IMG/VR virus record: IMGVR_UViG_3300038465_000034
DNA length: 64,000 nucleotides
Origin: an uncultured virus (IMG/VR IMGVR_UViG_3300038465_000034)
Lineage: Duplodnaviria; Heunggongvirae; Uroviricota; Caudoviricetes
Strand: one strand, 5' to 3'
Shown here: positions 47,132 through 55,964 of the stretch, one piece after another
Numbering within the stretch: position 1 is the first letter of the stretch
How the letters are laid out: the number at the start of each line of letters is the position of its first letter
Notes under the pieces: generated by a model
Database searches by the model: none
What the model was told of the DNA's origin: nothing
The model's input: only the letters and a program-made list of their open reading frames with translations
Translations under genes and position numbers: made by a program

Positions 47132-48315
47132 GACCCCGACGCGCCCCCGAAGGGTTTCTTCGTGATTGGAACGATTGGCCTCACATTGATGGGGTCTTCA
47201 CGTCGTTTTACTCCGTAGCGTTCGACCAAATCGGTGTGCTGCTGAAATCCATTCAGGATCGGCTCCGCATTGCCAGACGGCTCCTTGCAAAACGTAATGG
47301 ATTCCTCCGCATCGATGTCCACACGAACGAAGTCGCCCAGCTTGACCTGACCCGTGGCGACTAGGTTCGCCATTGGGAATACCAAATTGGTTTCGATAGC
47401 ACGTTTCAAATGACGTGCTCCGTACTTCGGGTCCGTACCTTCTTTGAGCAGTCGCGCCTTCACCGCAGGTGTGCAGTTGAATACGAACTGGTTCGCACCC
47501 GCAGCCATCAGGATGCGCTGTTGCACCATGCCAAGCTCGATCTCAAGAATCTGCTCTAAATGTTCGGGGCGAAGGGTCTTGAATACGACCGACTTGTCGA
47601 TGCGGTTCATGAACTCAGGCGTGAATTTGCGACGGGCAGCATCCACCGCGCTGCGGTCAATTTTTGCATCCAGCGAATCATCAACGACAATTTGATCCTT
47701 GGAGATACCAAAGCCCATGCCGCCATTCATCAGTTCGTTCATGTCGGCGGCACCGAGGTTCGATGTCATGATGATGATGCAGCTACTCAAGTCCACGCGG
47801 CGGTTGTCGCCGAGAGTGAGATTGGCTTTATCGAGGATGCCAAGCAGTAATTGCCAGAGCGAGTCGGATGCCTTTTCGATCTCGTCGAACAACAGTATCG
47901 AGAGCTTCAGTTTCTCGGTGTGATACTGGTTGAGAGCTTCCTGTGTGAGCAAAGGATGAGTTTCGCGGTGACCGAGGTAGCCCGGGGGCGAGCCGATCAA
48001 CTTCGCAATCTCGTGCGAGTGCTGGAACTCGGCGCAATCGATCTTGATGCACGCCCGCGCATCGCCAAAGAGGGATTCGGCCATGGCTTCGACCACGCGG
48101 GTTTTGCCGCTGCCTGTGGGACCGAGGAAGAGAAGGTTGCCGACTGGACGACCCGGAGCATTCATGCCCGCCAAGAACATCTGGTAAATCTCGGCGACTT
48201 TCTCGACGGCGGCGTCTTGTCCCACAATTTTACGACGCAGGGCCTTCTCGAAATCACACGCATCGTTCGAGCGTTTGCTGGGGTCTAATTTGAGTCCCGT
48301 GCCAGTACCTTTCAT
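47128..48315 (-). CDS. ClpA/B-family ATPase with only the second AAA+ module (D2 plus D2-small)
   Basis: IVGQDAAV, FLGPTGSGKT, KLIGSPPGYLG, LLFDEIEKA, IMTSNLG, FTPEFMNRID and YGARHLKRAI. AGGAG RBS before ATG 48315. Confidence 0.9.
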   Translation of the reverse strand: MKGTGTGLKLDPSKRSNDACDFEKALRRKIVGQDAAVEKVAEIYQMFLAGMNAPGRPVGNLLFLGPTGSGKTRVVEAMAESLFGDARACIKIDCAEFQHSHEIAKLIGSPPGYLGHRETHPLLTQEALNQYHTEKLKLSILLFDEIEKASDSLWQLLLGILDKANLTLGDNRRVDLSSCIIIMTSNLGAADMNELMNGGMGFGISKDQIVVDDSLDAKIDRSAVDAARRKFTPEFMNRIDKSVVFKTLRPEHLEQILEIELGMVQQRILMAAGANQFVFNCTPAVKARLLKEGTDPKYGARHLKRAIETNLVFPMANLVATGQVKLGDFVRVDIDAEESITFCKEPSGNAEPILNGFQQHTDLVERYGVKRREDPINVRPIVPITKKPFGGASGS

Positions 48316-48427
48316 GCTCACTCCTGTTCCGTATCCGAGTCCCACAAGTCCGCCTTCCTAAGATTCGAGAAGTGGCTTTCCGCTCTGACAGGTGCCGACC
48401 TCCCTAAAACCTCACCAATACTGCAAA

Positions 48428-48796
48428 TTACGCCTTCTGCTCCTCAGATGTCTTGAACCGTACTGTCTTGCCGCCGTCATCGGACGTGAAAAGGTCCTCC
48501 GAGCATTTTACACAGAATTGCATCGGTGGGGGTAGTGTCGTGTTCAGGCGATCCATTTCCCGTTGGATCATCCGCTCATGCCGCTGTGCCATCACATACG
48601 AGCATACCATGACCGTGCGGAACCGTGACCAGCCCTTTGCACGGGCGAGGGCGAAGATGCGATTGAGAATTGGGTCATTCAGGGCGGCACCAACGAGTGC
48701 CAGCCAGATTGAGGCGTCATTGTCCTCTTGGAGGACTTTGCTGAACTCGTCGTCGGTTAAGAGGGGTTTCGATGCGGGCCAAGCCATTCCGTTCAT
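48428..48796 (-). CDS. Hypothetical protein
   Basis: TAATG coupling to the upstream gene. Confidence 0.55.
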   Translation of the reverse strand: MNGMAWPASKPLLTDDEFSKVLQEDNDASIWLALVGAALNDPILNRIFALARAKGWSRFRTVMVCSYVMAQRHERMIQREMDRLNTTLPPPMQFCVKCSEDLFTSDDGGKTVRFKTSEEQKA

Positions 48797-49311
48797 TAGA
48801 TGCCGTCCTTCGCCGCTTTGGTTTTGAATTCTTTGGCGTTGTCGTAGATGCAGAGAACACCCAGATGCTCGGTGTTGCTGACGATCATGGTGAAGTCCTT
48901 GCCGCGATAGGTGGTGTCGGTTGACGGCCCTCCCCACGGGCGGTCGGTGCAGTCCTGAATCGGGAGATCATCCCCCAAATTGTGGAGAACTTTATTGAAT
49001 TCCACGTCGTAGCCGAAGTATTCGAGGATTCGCTTCCGCTGTTGGATGTAGCCGTTGAGGAGCGGGAATCCAGTGGATGTCGGCATGGTGAGACTTGAGT
49101 CTGACAGAGTGAGGCCGAAGTTGTCAAGCCAAAGCTTGATGTAGGCCAGAACCTTCTTGCCCGCCCATTTCGAGCGCAGGATTTGCTCAGGCGTCAGTTT
49201 GACCACATCTTCGATGGTCTCGCAACCCAGCCGCTTCAGGACGTTCTTTGCCCGCGTCGGCAGGTTCTTCGAGTCCCCGACACTGATGGCTAGTACGTAG
49301 GCATCGCTCAT
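48796..49311 (-). CDS. Protein with an RNA polymerase alpha-CTD-like domain
   Basis: LPTRAKNVLKRLGCETIEDVVKLTPEQILRSKWAGKKVLAYIKLWLDNFGLTL follows the alpha-CTD HhH pattern. Confidence 0.75.
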   Translation of the reverse strand: MSDAYVLAISVGDSKNLPTRAKNVLKRLGCETIEDVVKLTPEQILRSKWAGKKVLAYIKLWLDNFGLTLSDSSLTMPTSTGFPLLNGYIQQRKRILEYFGYDVEFNKVLHNLGDDLPIQDCTDRPWGGPSTDTTYRGKDFTMIVSNTEHLGVLCIYDNAKEFKTKAAKDGI

Positions 49312-49703
49312 TGGGCTAACCTCTGGTAAAGCGCAATCATCGGCTTCAGTTGTTTCTTGGCCGAGCGGAGGGTTGTCTTGATGGCTGCCTCGGGTGTCGT
49401 TCCGTGCTCGACGAGATTCCCGCCCCACGGTCCCGAAACCTGCAAGAAAGCCCCAAAGGTGCGCCCACCGCCGAAGTCATGCAGTTCGAGTTGTAGTTCT
49501 TTGTTGCTGACGGCGTAGTGCCAGCCGAGGTTTTCCCAAACCCGAGATGTCCATTTTCCGCCGACGCTCTTCTTCAGCCGCGTCACGAGGTTTCGGGCAT
49601 TCTTCTTGGCTCGCAGGAATTCGGAAAACGAGCACCCGTGCCCACAGGCGGACGCGCAGTAGCGTGAGCCCTTTCTCACTGCTTTCCAACTTAGACTAGC
49701 CAT
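49308..49703 (-). CDS. Hypothetical protein
   Basis: GAGGAG RBS; YCASACGHGC and VWENLGWHY. Confidence 0.65.
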   Translation of the reverse strand: MASLSWKAVRKGSRYCASACGHGCSFSEFLRAKKNARNLVTRLKKSVGGKWTSRVWENLGWHYAVSNKELQLELHDFGGGRTFGAFLQVSGPWGGNLVEHGTTPEAAIKTTLRSAKKQLKPMIALYQRLAQ

Positions 49704-49748
49704 AGTGTTCTCCTCATACCCATTCTACCAAGAGAATCGGAGTTTTGG

Positions 49749-50435
49749 TTAGGAATTTGTGGGTTTGGAATCAACAACTTGAAGTGCGGCAAGCTCCCGC
49801 CGCATGTTTTCTTGAGCCAAGAGGGTATAGGTTCCCGCGAACTGTGGACTGAAGTAAAGCTGCGGTCTGGCGAGGAATTTCTTCAGGAATGCCGAGCGGC
49901 CCATCTTCCACATCTCGTCGGAGGCGAAGTTGTACTCCATGCGGATGAGACGACAGTTTTCGTCATACTGTTCTGGTGCCGCTCCCAGCCCCGCGAGATC
50001 GATATCGGTCACAATATTGGTGTGTTCGGTGTGAGTGGTGCTGAGGATGAGGCCGACGATCTTGTCGGCATCTTCTATGTCGAATCCTAGTGTGGGATTG
50101 TCTTTCTCAAAGACCATTGCGCTGCGGACCTCGTTATCGTCGCGGGTGGGCTCATAGATTGCGTCATGGTAAGCCCACGCGAAGAAAATAGTGGGGTCCA
50201 TTTTGTCGAAAAACTTGAAGTATTCACTGAAGCCGAACTGGATGTGCCCTAGTGTGTGGTAATGGCGATGGGGCTCAAGATAGCGGTGCTTCAGATCGTC
50301 CGCCACACGCCCGATCCTGAGATCGGTGGGACAGCATCTCCCCGCACGAGGGGCCGTTCGAACGAAGTCATTGAACTTCAGGATGGGGGACGGTTTGTAT
50401 TCCTCGTAAGGAGGGGCAGAACGAAAAACATCCAT
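49749..50435 (-). CDS. HD-superfamily phosphohydrolase (COG4339-like)
   Basis: YLEPHRHYHTLGHI..YHDAIYEP..NEVRSA..DIDLAGLG..IRMEY. Confidence 0.85.
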   Translation of the reverse strand: MDVFRSAPPYEEYKPSPILKFNDFVRTAPRAGRCCPTDLRIGRVADDLKHRYLEPHRHYHTLGHIQFGFSEYFKFFDKMDPTIFFAWAYHDAIYEPTRDDNEVRSAMVFEKDNPTLGFDIEDADKIVGLILSTTHTEHTNIVTDIDLAGLGAAPEQYDENCRLIRMEYNFASDEMWKMGRSAFLKKFLARPQLYFSPQFAGTYTLLAQENMRRELAALQVVDSKPTNS

Positions 50436-50455
50436 ACCACTATAATACCACGTTT

Positions 50456-53400
50456 TTAGAATTCCACCACGTTCAACCAAATGATTGAGTTAAGTCTTCC
50501 AGCCCACATCGCTGTAAATGGCTCTGAAGGAATCGCAATGATTGAATCCCCATTGCCAACGGATGTAATGCCGCCCGCCGCTGTCGTTCCCGACGTTATG
50601 GTGATGACGGTACCCTCACCCGTACTGACGGTAATCTCTGAGTTTGCGGGGCAAGCAATGTTTGTAATGACCACCGTGCCTGCATGAGTTTCAGCGACTC
50701 CGCCCGAGTTATTCAATATCAAGGATTGAGGAGTAGAACTAGCGACGGTGAACGTACCGTTGTTACCTGCGTTGGAAAATCCACTGACTGTAACGCTTTG
50801 CCCGTACAAAGGGTTAATGAACAGAGTTGCTTGCTGCCCAGCGGCGGTAACTCCGTTAGCGTTTGCTAGGGCTATAAATGAAATTTGTTCATTTATACAA
50901 AGAAACGTTCCGTTGTTGGCGGCATTCGTTGCCCCGACGACGGTGACGTACTCACCAACTGACTGACCCGCTATGCCGGCCGCTGTTTGGTATAAAGTAC
51001 AAAGTGTACTAGGCGTAGCTGTTGCGGCGTGCGTCTCCGCAACTGCGTATGGGTTCTCTACTAGTATCGTTGTGCTTGTGCTGGAAACAACCAGAAAGGT
51101 TCCGTTGTTAAGAGCATTAGTGAAACCCGCGATTGTAAACCGCAATCCTGCATATCCCGACGTAGTGAACCCTGTTCCTGTGTAGGTTGCATTCGTACCA
51201 GCCGATGTAGTCACGGATGTAAGCGAGAAAGGCGCATTGACTGGGGTAATAGCAGTAGCGGCAAAGACTGGACCGCCACCAACACCGATAGTGCCCGCGT
51301 AGTACGTCAATCCGTTAGCGGCGGTGGACGCCGACGTTAGTGTGTAGGATGCGGAGCCGCCTTTTACGTTGTATAAACTAACTTGCGCGGTAGAGTTGTT
51401 TGCGTTAGCAAACGCACCAACTATGTTAGTAACAGCGGCCATGTTGCCAACGCCAACCAGCAATCCATTTTTCGAACCTGAAGGAGTGTACAAAGTGTTG
51501 GCTACGAAAGGTGTTGGGTTGGTCAATTTGACAGATTTTAATGCCGCAGTGTTATCAAATTCAACTATCCAAGCGTCCAACATATACGGACCTACCGATT
51601 GCATGAATGCTGTCTGTGGTGACTCGCTTTCTGCTACAGCGTTAGGATTAGCAAGCAGCGCACCTTGATTCGTTCCAGTGCCGGGACTAAAGAAGAGTCC
51701 GTTGTTCGCGGCACTAGTGCAACCTGTCACGAGATACCAGCCAGCGTTGCCGACAGCGTTTCCCTGCCATGTGTACAGCGATGTCTTCGCCACGGCGGAA
51801 CCAGCGTGTGTTTCCGCTACTCCACCGATGTTTTGTAGAGTAAGTGTTGTAGTCGTTGAAGCTACACATAAGAAAGTTCCGTTGTTCCCCGCATTGGTGA
51901 AGCCAGTTACGACGAATATGTCTCCGATAAAGAGGTTCCCCGATCCGCCAGTGATCGTGCCTACATAGTCGGTGAATCCGTTGCCCGTCGCAAAAACAGA
52001 AGTCAAAGTGAACGGTCCCACGGTCAAGAGCGCACCTACCGTAGTTACCACCGATTGAGTGAAATCTGAGCCTCCTCCCGACCCCGGAGGACCCTGCAAC
52101 ATGGAGAAGCCTTCCCCCGCTTCAGCGATATAGCCTACGGTGTCAAACCCAAGGGTTTGCTGACCAGTTAGTGTCTGTAGGGATGATAGAGGACAATAGA
52201 TTCCACCAATCTTTACCATCGACGTGAAATTGATAGCGTTAGTTTGTTGGGCGTTTTGAGTTACGTCTAACACCCCAAGCATAGCTCGTCTTCCCGCTGG
52301 GACTGTGTAGTAATCGAAAATAGCGGAAGTGAATCCCGGTTGAACTTTGATCGGGTAGAACTTGACGTTGGGCAAGTTTGCATACGCTGAAAACTGACTT
52401 GGCATCATGCTCTGCGTAAGAGCTTGCAAAACCGCTGCCCCACCACCCGAGCTAGTCGCAAGAACTTGATTGCCCGCACCTGTGATCGTCGAGATCGGTA
52501 CAAGTAAAGCAGCCGCTGTGTCCACGTATGCCGTGGTAGCTATCTGTGTGTTGTTAGTTAGTGGTGGTGCTGTAGGTGCTACAGGCACTCCAGTAAATGT
52601 CGGGGAAGCCAAAGGAGCAGCGCCAGTAACTTGAGCAACGGTGTAATCCCCTGATACAGCGACGACCGCACCCGTGCGACCGAAGACACTGGTTACAGGA
52701 TAGGCGGGGGTGCCAGCGGTGAACAAACCAGTGGTAGTGTTGTAGCCAGTGACAAACTCACCCGCTATGGGGGTGAAGGTCTGAGCTAGTGCTGCGCCTG
52801 AGTCCTGCACATTGCCGGAGCCGTCTGTAGTCACAACGTGACCAGACACGGCAGTTGAAAGATTGGGGTCTGCTGTTGCCGCGACAAGAGTGCTGCCCGA
52901 TCCCAAGACGGTGATCGAACCTGTGGTCGTGACTATTCCCGTGGCGATGCCCGCTCCAGCCACGAGGGTCACAGTGCCGCCCGAGAACGTTCCCTGCACT
53001 GGGGCCGTGATGTTGTTATCGTTTAGAGTCACGGTGCCCGTCATGGAGATCGCTCTGCCGTAAAGGATAGCCGTCGCCCCTAGCGTGATATTGCTTTGAG
53101 CGAAAAGGTCTCCGACTTCCGTGGCGACGTTATCGCCTACGGTGATGCTACCAGCGACCAGCCAGATCACGTTCGCGGCTAGTGCTCCTTGAGACAAGAC
53201 CACCTTCGCGTCGTCGCCTATCGTCAAGTTGCCGCCGATCTGAAAAACAAACGTCCCACCGGGGTTGCCTTGCGCGTTGAGGGTCAATGTCTGATTGGCG
53301 TTTAGTATGACTGAGCCTACGTTGTTGTAGACTCCTGTGGTGATCGTTTGACCGTCCAACGGAGTGGTCAACGCCCCTGTCGGCGTCAGTCCCGTGAAAT

Positions 53401-54343
53401 AGGCATACGCATTTGCCGCGTCAATCTGAGCTTGTTGTGCATGAGCATCGTCAAGTGCCGCTGGAAGAACGAAGGTTCCAGCAAACGAAAGTGTTGCGGT
53501 TGGATAGGACCCAAGGTTTCCGCCCGCAATGATAGATGTTGGCGGTGACCCAGAGCTAGTGACCGCATTGGCGCTGAGGATAGCATAATTTGCTGCGGTT
53601 GCTAAGTGTTGGTCAATCGGAGATGATAATGCTACCCATGGAGCGATCCACCTGACGCCGCTTCCTGTGGAGCTAAGCACCCATCCGCCTGTGCCGGGTG
53701 AAGTAGTGCTGTCGATTAGTTCCGCACCCAAAGTGACGTTGCCCGAAAACACAGCGCCAGAGAGCAGTGCGTACAAACCTAAGTTCGGCGTGCCACTGAT
53801 CTGCGAATAGGTGTAGTCGCCTATCTGCGCCGTTACTGCCCCTGTGCGACCGAATACGGAAATGACGGGGCTACTGGCGGCTGTGACGTAATCCTGCGCC
53901 TTCACGTAAGCCGTTGTAGCGACATTTGTCGAGTTGTCTAAGGTTGAGGGTGTCGGGGCGGTTGGCGCACCAGTAAACGCGGGGGAAGCCAGCGGAGCAT
54001 AAAATACTAGGGCAGATGTGGTGAACGCTTGTGCAGCGGTTTGGGCTGCCGCCGCCGCGCCTAGAGTGTCGTAGAAAGCCGAATAGTCACTAGATTGAGC
54101 CGTGACCACACCAGCACGCCCGAATACGGAGGCGACATCGCCTCCACCCCCTCCACCCCCACCGCCGAGAGAGGGGTCGAGTTGACCGTTTGCATTGAGA
54201 CGGACGATTTTATACGCATCCTGCGGAGCAGACGGCGGCGAGCCAACGAGTCCAGTCGAGGCAGAGATTGCCTCAACAAGCACCTGTTGGAATGATCCAC
54301 CCGTTTGAGGGGTGAGGATGGGGATGAAATTAGGGGTAGCCAT
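50456..54343 (-). CDS. Long tail fibre-like protein with a DUF3494 ice-binding-like domain and repeated beta modules
   Basis: 3x V.SVFGR.G.V.A...DY, 2x APLASP.FTG.P.APT...N.T..ATTAYV, a DUF3494 signature (LATAANYAIL..TLNAQGNPGGTFVFQI..AANVIWLV..LYGRAI), and 5x NNG(T/L)F repeats. Confidence 0.8.
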   Translation of the reverse strand: MATPNFIPILTPQTGGSFQQVLVEAISASTGLVGSPPSAPQDAYKIVRLNANGQLDPSLGGGGGGGGGDVASVFGRAGVVTAQSSDYSAFYDTLGAAAAAQTAAQAFTTSALVFYAPLASPAFTGAPTAPTPSTLDNSTNVATTAYVKAQDYVTAASSPVISVFGRTGAVTAQIGDYTYSQISGTPNLGLYALLSGAVFSGNVTLGAELIDSTTSPGTGGWVLSSTGSGVRWIAPWVALSSPIDQHLATAANYAILSANAVTSSGSPPTSIIAGGNLGSYPTATLSFAGTFVLPAALDDAHAQQAQIDAANAYAYFTGLTPTGALTTPLDGQTITTGVYNNVGSVILNANQTLTLNAQGNPGGTFVFQIGGNLTIGDDAKVVLSQGALAANVIWLVAGSITVGDNVATEVGDLFAQSNITLGATAILYGRAISMTGTVTLNDNNITAPVQGTFSGGTVTLVAGAGIATGIVTTTGSITVLGSGSTLVAATADPNLSTAVSGHVVTTDGSGNVQDSGAALAQTFTPIAGEFVTGYNTTTGLFTAGTPAYPVTSVFGRTGAVVAVSGDYTVAQVTGAAPLASPTFTGVPVAPTAPPLTNNTQIATTAYVDTAAALLVPISTITGAGNQVLATSSGGGAAVLQALTQSMMPSQFSAYANLPNVKFYPIKVQPGFTSAIFDYYTVPAGRRAMLGVLDVTQNAQQTNAINFTSMVKIGGIYCPLSSLQTLTGQQTLGFDTVGYIAEAGEGFSMLQGPPGSGGGSDFTQSVVTTVGALLTVGPFTLTSVFATGNGFTDYVGTITGGSGNLFIGDIFVVTGFTNAGNNGTFLCVASTTTTLTLQNIGGVAETHAGSAVAKTSLYTWQGNAVGNAGWYLVTGCTSAANNGLFFSPGTGTNQGALLANPNAVAESESPQTAFMQSVGPYMLDAWIVEFDNTAALKSVKLTNPTPFVANTLYTPSGSKNGLLVGVGNMAAVTNIVGAFANANNSTAQVSLYNVKGGSASYTLTSASTAANGLTYYAGTIGVGGGPVFAATAITPVNAPFSLTSVTTSAGTNATYTGTGFTTSGYAGLRFTIAGFTNALNNGTFLVVSSTSTTILVENPYAVAETHAATATPSTLCTLYQTAAGIAGQSVGEYVTVVGATNAANNGTFLCINEQISFIALANANGVTAAGQQATLFINPLYGQSVTVSGFSNAGNNGTFTVASSTPQSLILNNSGGVAETHAGTVVITNIACPANSEITVSTGEGTVITITSGTTAAGGITSVGNGDSIIAIPSEPFTAMWAGRLNSIIWLNVVEF

Positions 54344-54378
54344 TTGCCCTCACTAAAAGAGGATGAAAGCCTAATGAC

Positions 54379-54927
54379 CTACGAATGCTCGAACCACTCC
54401 ATTTTAGCGCCGACATCTATAAGTCTTTTAGCGTCAACGTTAGTGAGGGCAAATAGTTTCTTGCAGGCATCGGCGAACCCCCATTGTCCTCTGGGCTCCA
54501 CTCGGATATAACGATGTTCAAGTCCAGCTTCCCGCAGGCGAAGCAGATCGTCGCCGTAGAGTGGGTCTTCGAGCCAATACCAGTCCTCAGGGCCTTCGAG
54601 GACGGCATCCACCTTTTCATTTTTGCCGCTCGAAAGCCGCGTCATCCACGCACAGTATTCGGTGTCCCGCCAGATGTCCTGACCGTACAGGTTGTCGATG
54701 AGTTTCTTGAGCGGCTCTGGTCCCCAGCAGGTGAGCCAGCGAACGTTGTAAAGCTCCTTGAGCACCCGAAGCTGGGTCATGACATTTGGTCGGAGATCGA
54801 ATCCCGAGTCGTCCCAGATGCGGGCAATGATAGTGTCATCTACGTCGATAAAAACAGTGGGGCGTTTCGATAGATCGGGCAGGGTGCCAGTTACGTCAAC
54901 ACGTTTTGCTGTGGGGCTGCGTTTCAT
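54379..54927 (-). CDS. HAD-superfamily phosphatase
   Basis: VFIDVDDTI, WLTCW, K and WLED motifs. Confidence 0.7.
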   Translation of the reverse strand: MKRSPTAKRVDVTGTLPDLSKRPTVFIDVDDTIIARIWDDSGFDLRPNVMTQLRVLKELYNVRWLTCWGPEPLKKLIDNLYGQDIWRDTEYCAWMTRLSSGKNEKVDAVLEGPEDWYWLEDPLYGDDLLRLREAGLEHRYIRVEPRGQWGFADACKKLFALTNVDAKRLIDVGAKMEWFEHS

Positions 54928-55381
54928 CTTGCCTTCCTGTTTGACCCTTTAGCATGTTAATTATGCCCCTGCATTTCTTTGATCCGCAAAGACAGGGAAC
55001 GGGGGTTTTGCTGTACTCGAAACAGTAGTCCACGGTCAACTCTTCGCCCTTCTTGATGCGCCGAATCGAATAAAAGTAGACTCGGTGCCCGATGATCTGA
55101 GCGTAGAGATTCGGGTTGCAGGAGTGGTTCACCCGCTCGGCTCCGCTACCCCGCACCGCCCCGTCCAATGACCAGTAGTTGTCCAGACAGTAAGTGAAGC
55201 AATGTCGCCGTTTGCCCGTCACCGCTTTGTGATGGCGACGACTCAGCAATTGCCCCGTATATTCGATGACGTATCGCCTCTTGGGGATGTTTTGCTTGGT
55301 GACGACGCCCCAGCGGTGAATAGGGGATCGGACGATCTCTAAATCGAACCATGTGTAATCGGGATTGATGCGTGGTTTCAT
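54896..55381 (-). CDS. SET-domain methyltransferase with post-SET
   Basis: SPIHRWGV, VIEYTG, RVNHSCNPN, IKKGEELTVDY and CLCGSKKCRG. Confidence 0.92.
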   Translation of the reverse strand: MKPRINPDYTWFDLEIVRSPIHRWGVVTKQNIPKRRYVIEYTGQLLSRRHHKAVTGKRRHCFTYCLDNYWSLDGAVRGSGAERVNHSCNPNLYAQIIGHRVYFYSIRRIKKGEELTVDYCFEYSKTPVPCLCGSKKCRGIINMLKGQTGRQDETQPHSKTC

Positions 55382-55833
55382 TTGAATGCCGCCTCAATTT
55401 CCGCATCGGTGGGAGGCTTTTCAGTCACGTTTGGGGCTTCAAACTTTGCGGCGAGGTCGGCGAGTTGCTTCTCCATCCCATCGGTGGGATCGTCTGAATG
55501 TGCGAATTTCCAAATCTCATCCGTAAGATATGTCAGGTGGTAGGCGACGACCTCGTTATCCATTTCCGCCCCGATCCAGTGCATCATTCGCCAAACACAG
55601 TGGAAGCATTCGTGGGAAAGTTCACCGACCGTTGGATTGAAGTGGAAGAATAAATATGACCAGTTCTTACCCTTAACACCCGAGTGGCAGGCGGCTGGGT
55701 CGCTGTCTCCTTTTTCGTATACGCCAAGGCCGCTAGTTCGCGCTATTCGCGATTTTGCAACATCATCGGTTATAATGACCCTGATATGGTAGCGAAATAC
55801 AGGTAGGTCAATTATTTTCTCACGCTCTCTCAT
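55378..55833 (-). CDS. HExxH metallopeptidase-like protein
   Basis: LSHECFHCV..NEVVAY. Confidence 0.6.
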   Translation of the reverse strand: MREREKIIDLPVFRYHIRVIITDDVAKSRIARTSGLGVYEKGDSDPAACHSGVKGKNWSYLFFHFNPTVGELSHECFHCVWRMMHWIGAEMDNEVVAYHLTYLTDEIWKFAHSDDPTDGMEKQLADLAAKFEAPNVTEKPPTDAEIEAAFK

Positions 55834-55964
55834 GCTACCTTTTCTTCGCAGCCCGAAGGTCGGCGATAGTCAGGTCCTCTTCGGCTCGCTGTCTCTCTTG
55901 ATTCAGAAGTTCTGCGGCGGCGTTAATTACGGCTATACGACGAGTATATTGCTCCCACGGGGTC

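Noticed and set aside
50456..54343. Diversity-generating retroelement acting on fibre genes
   Set aside because: There is no reverse transcriptase and no near-identical TR/VR pair in the window. The shared modules are diverged protein repeats.
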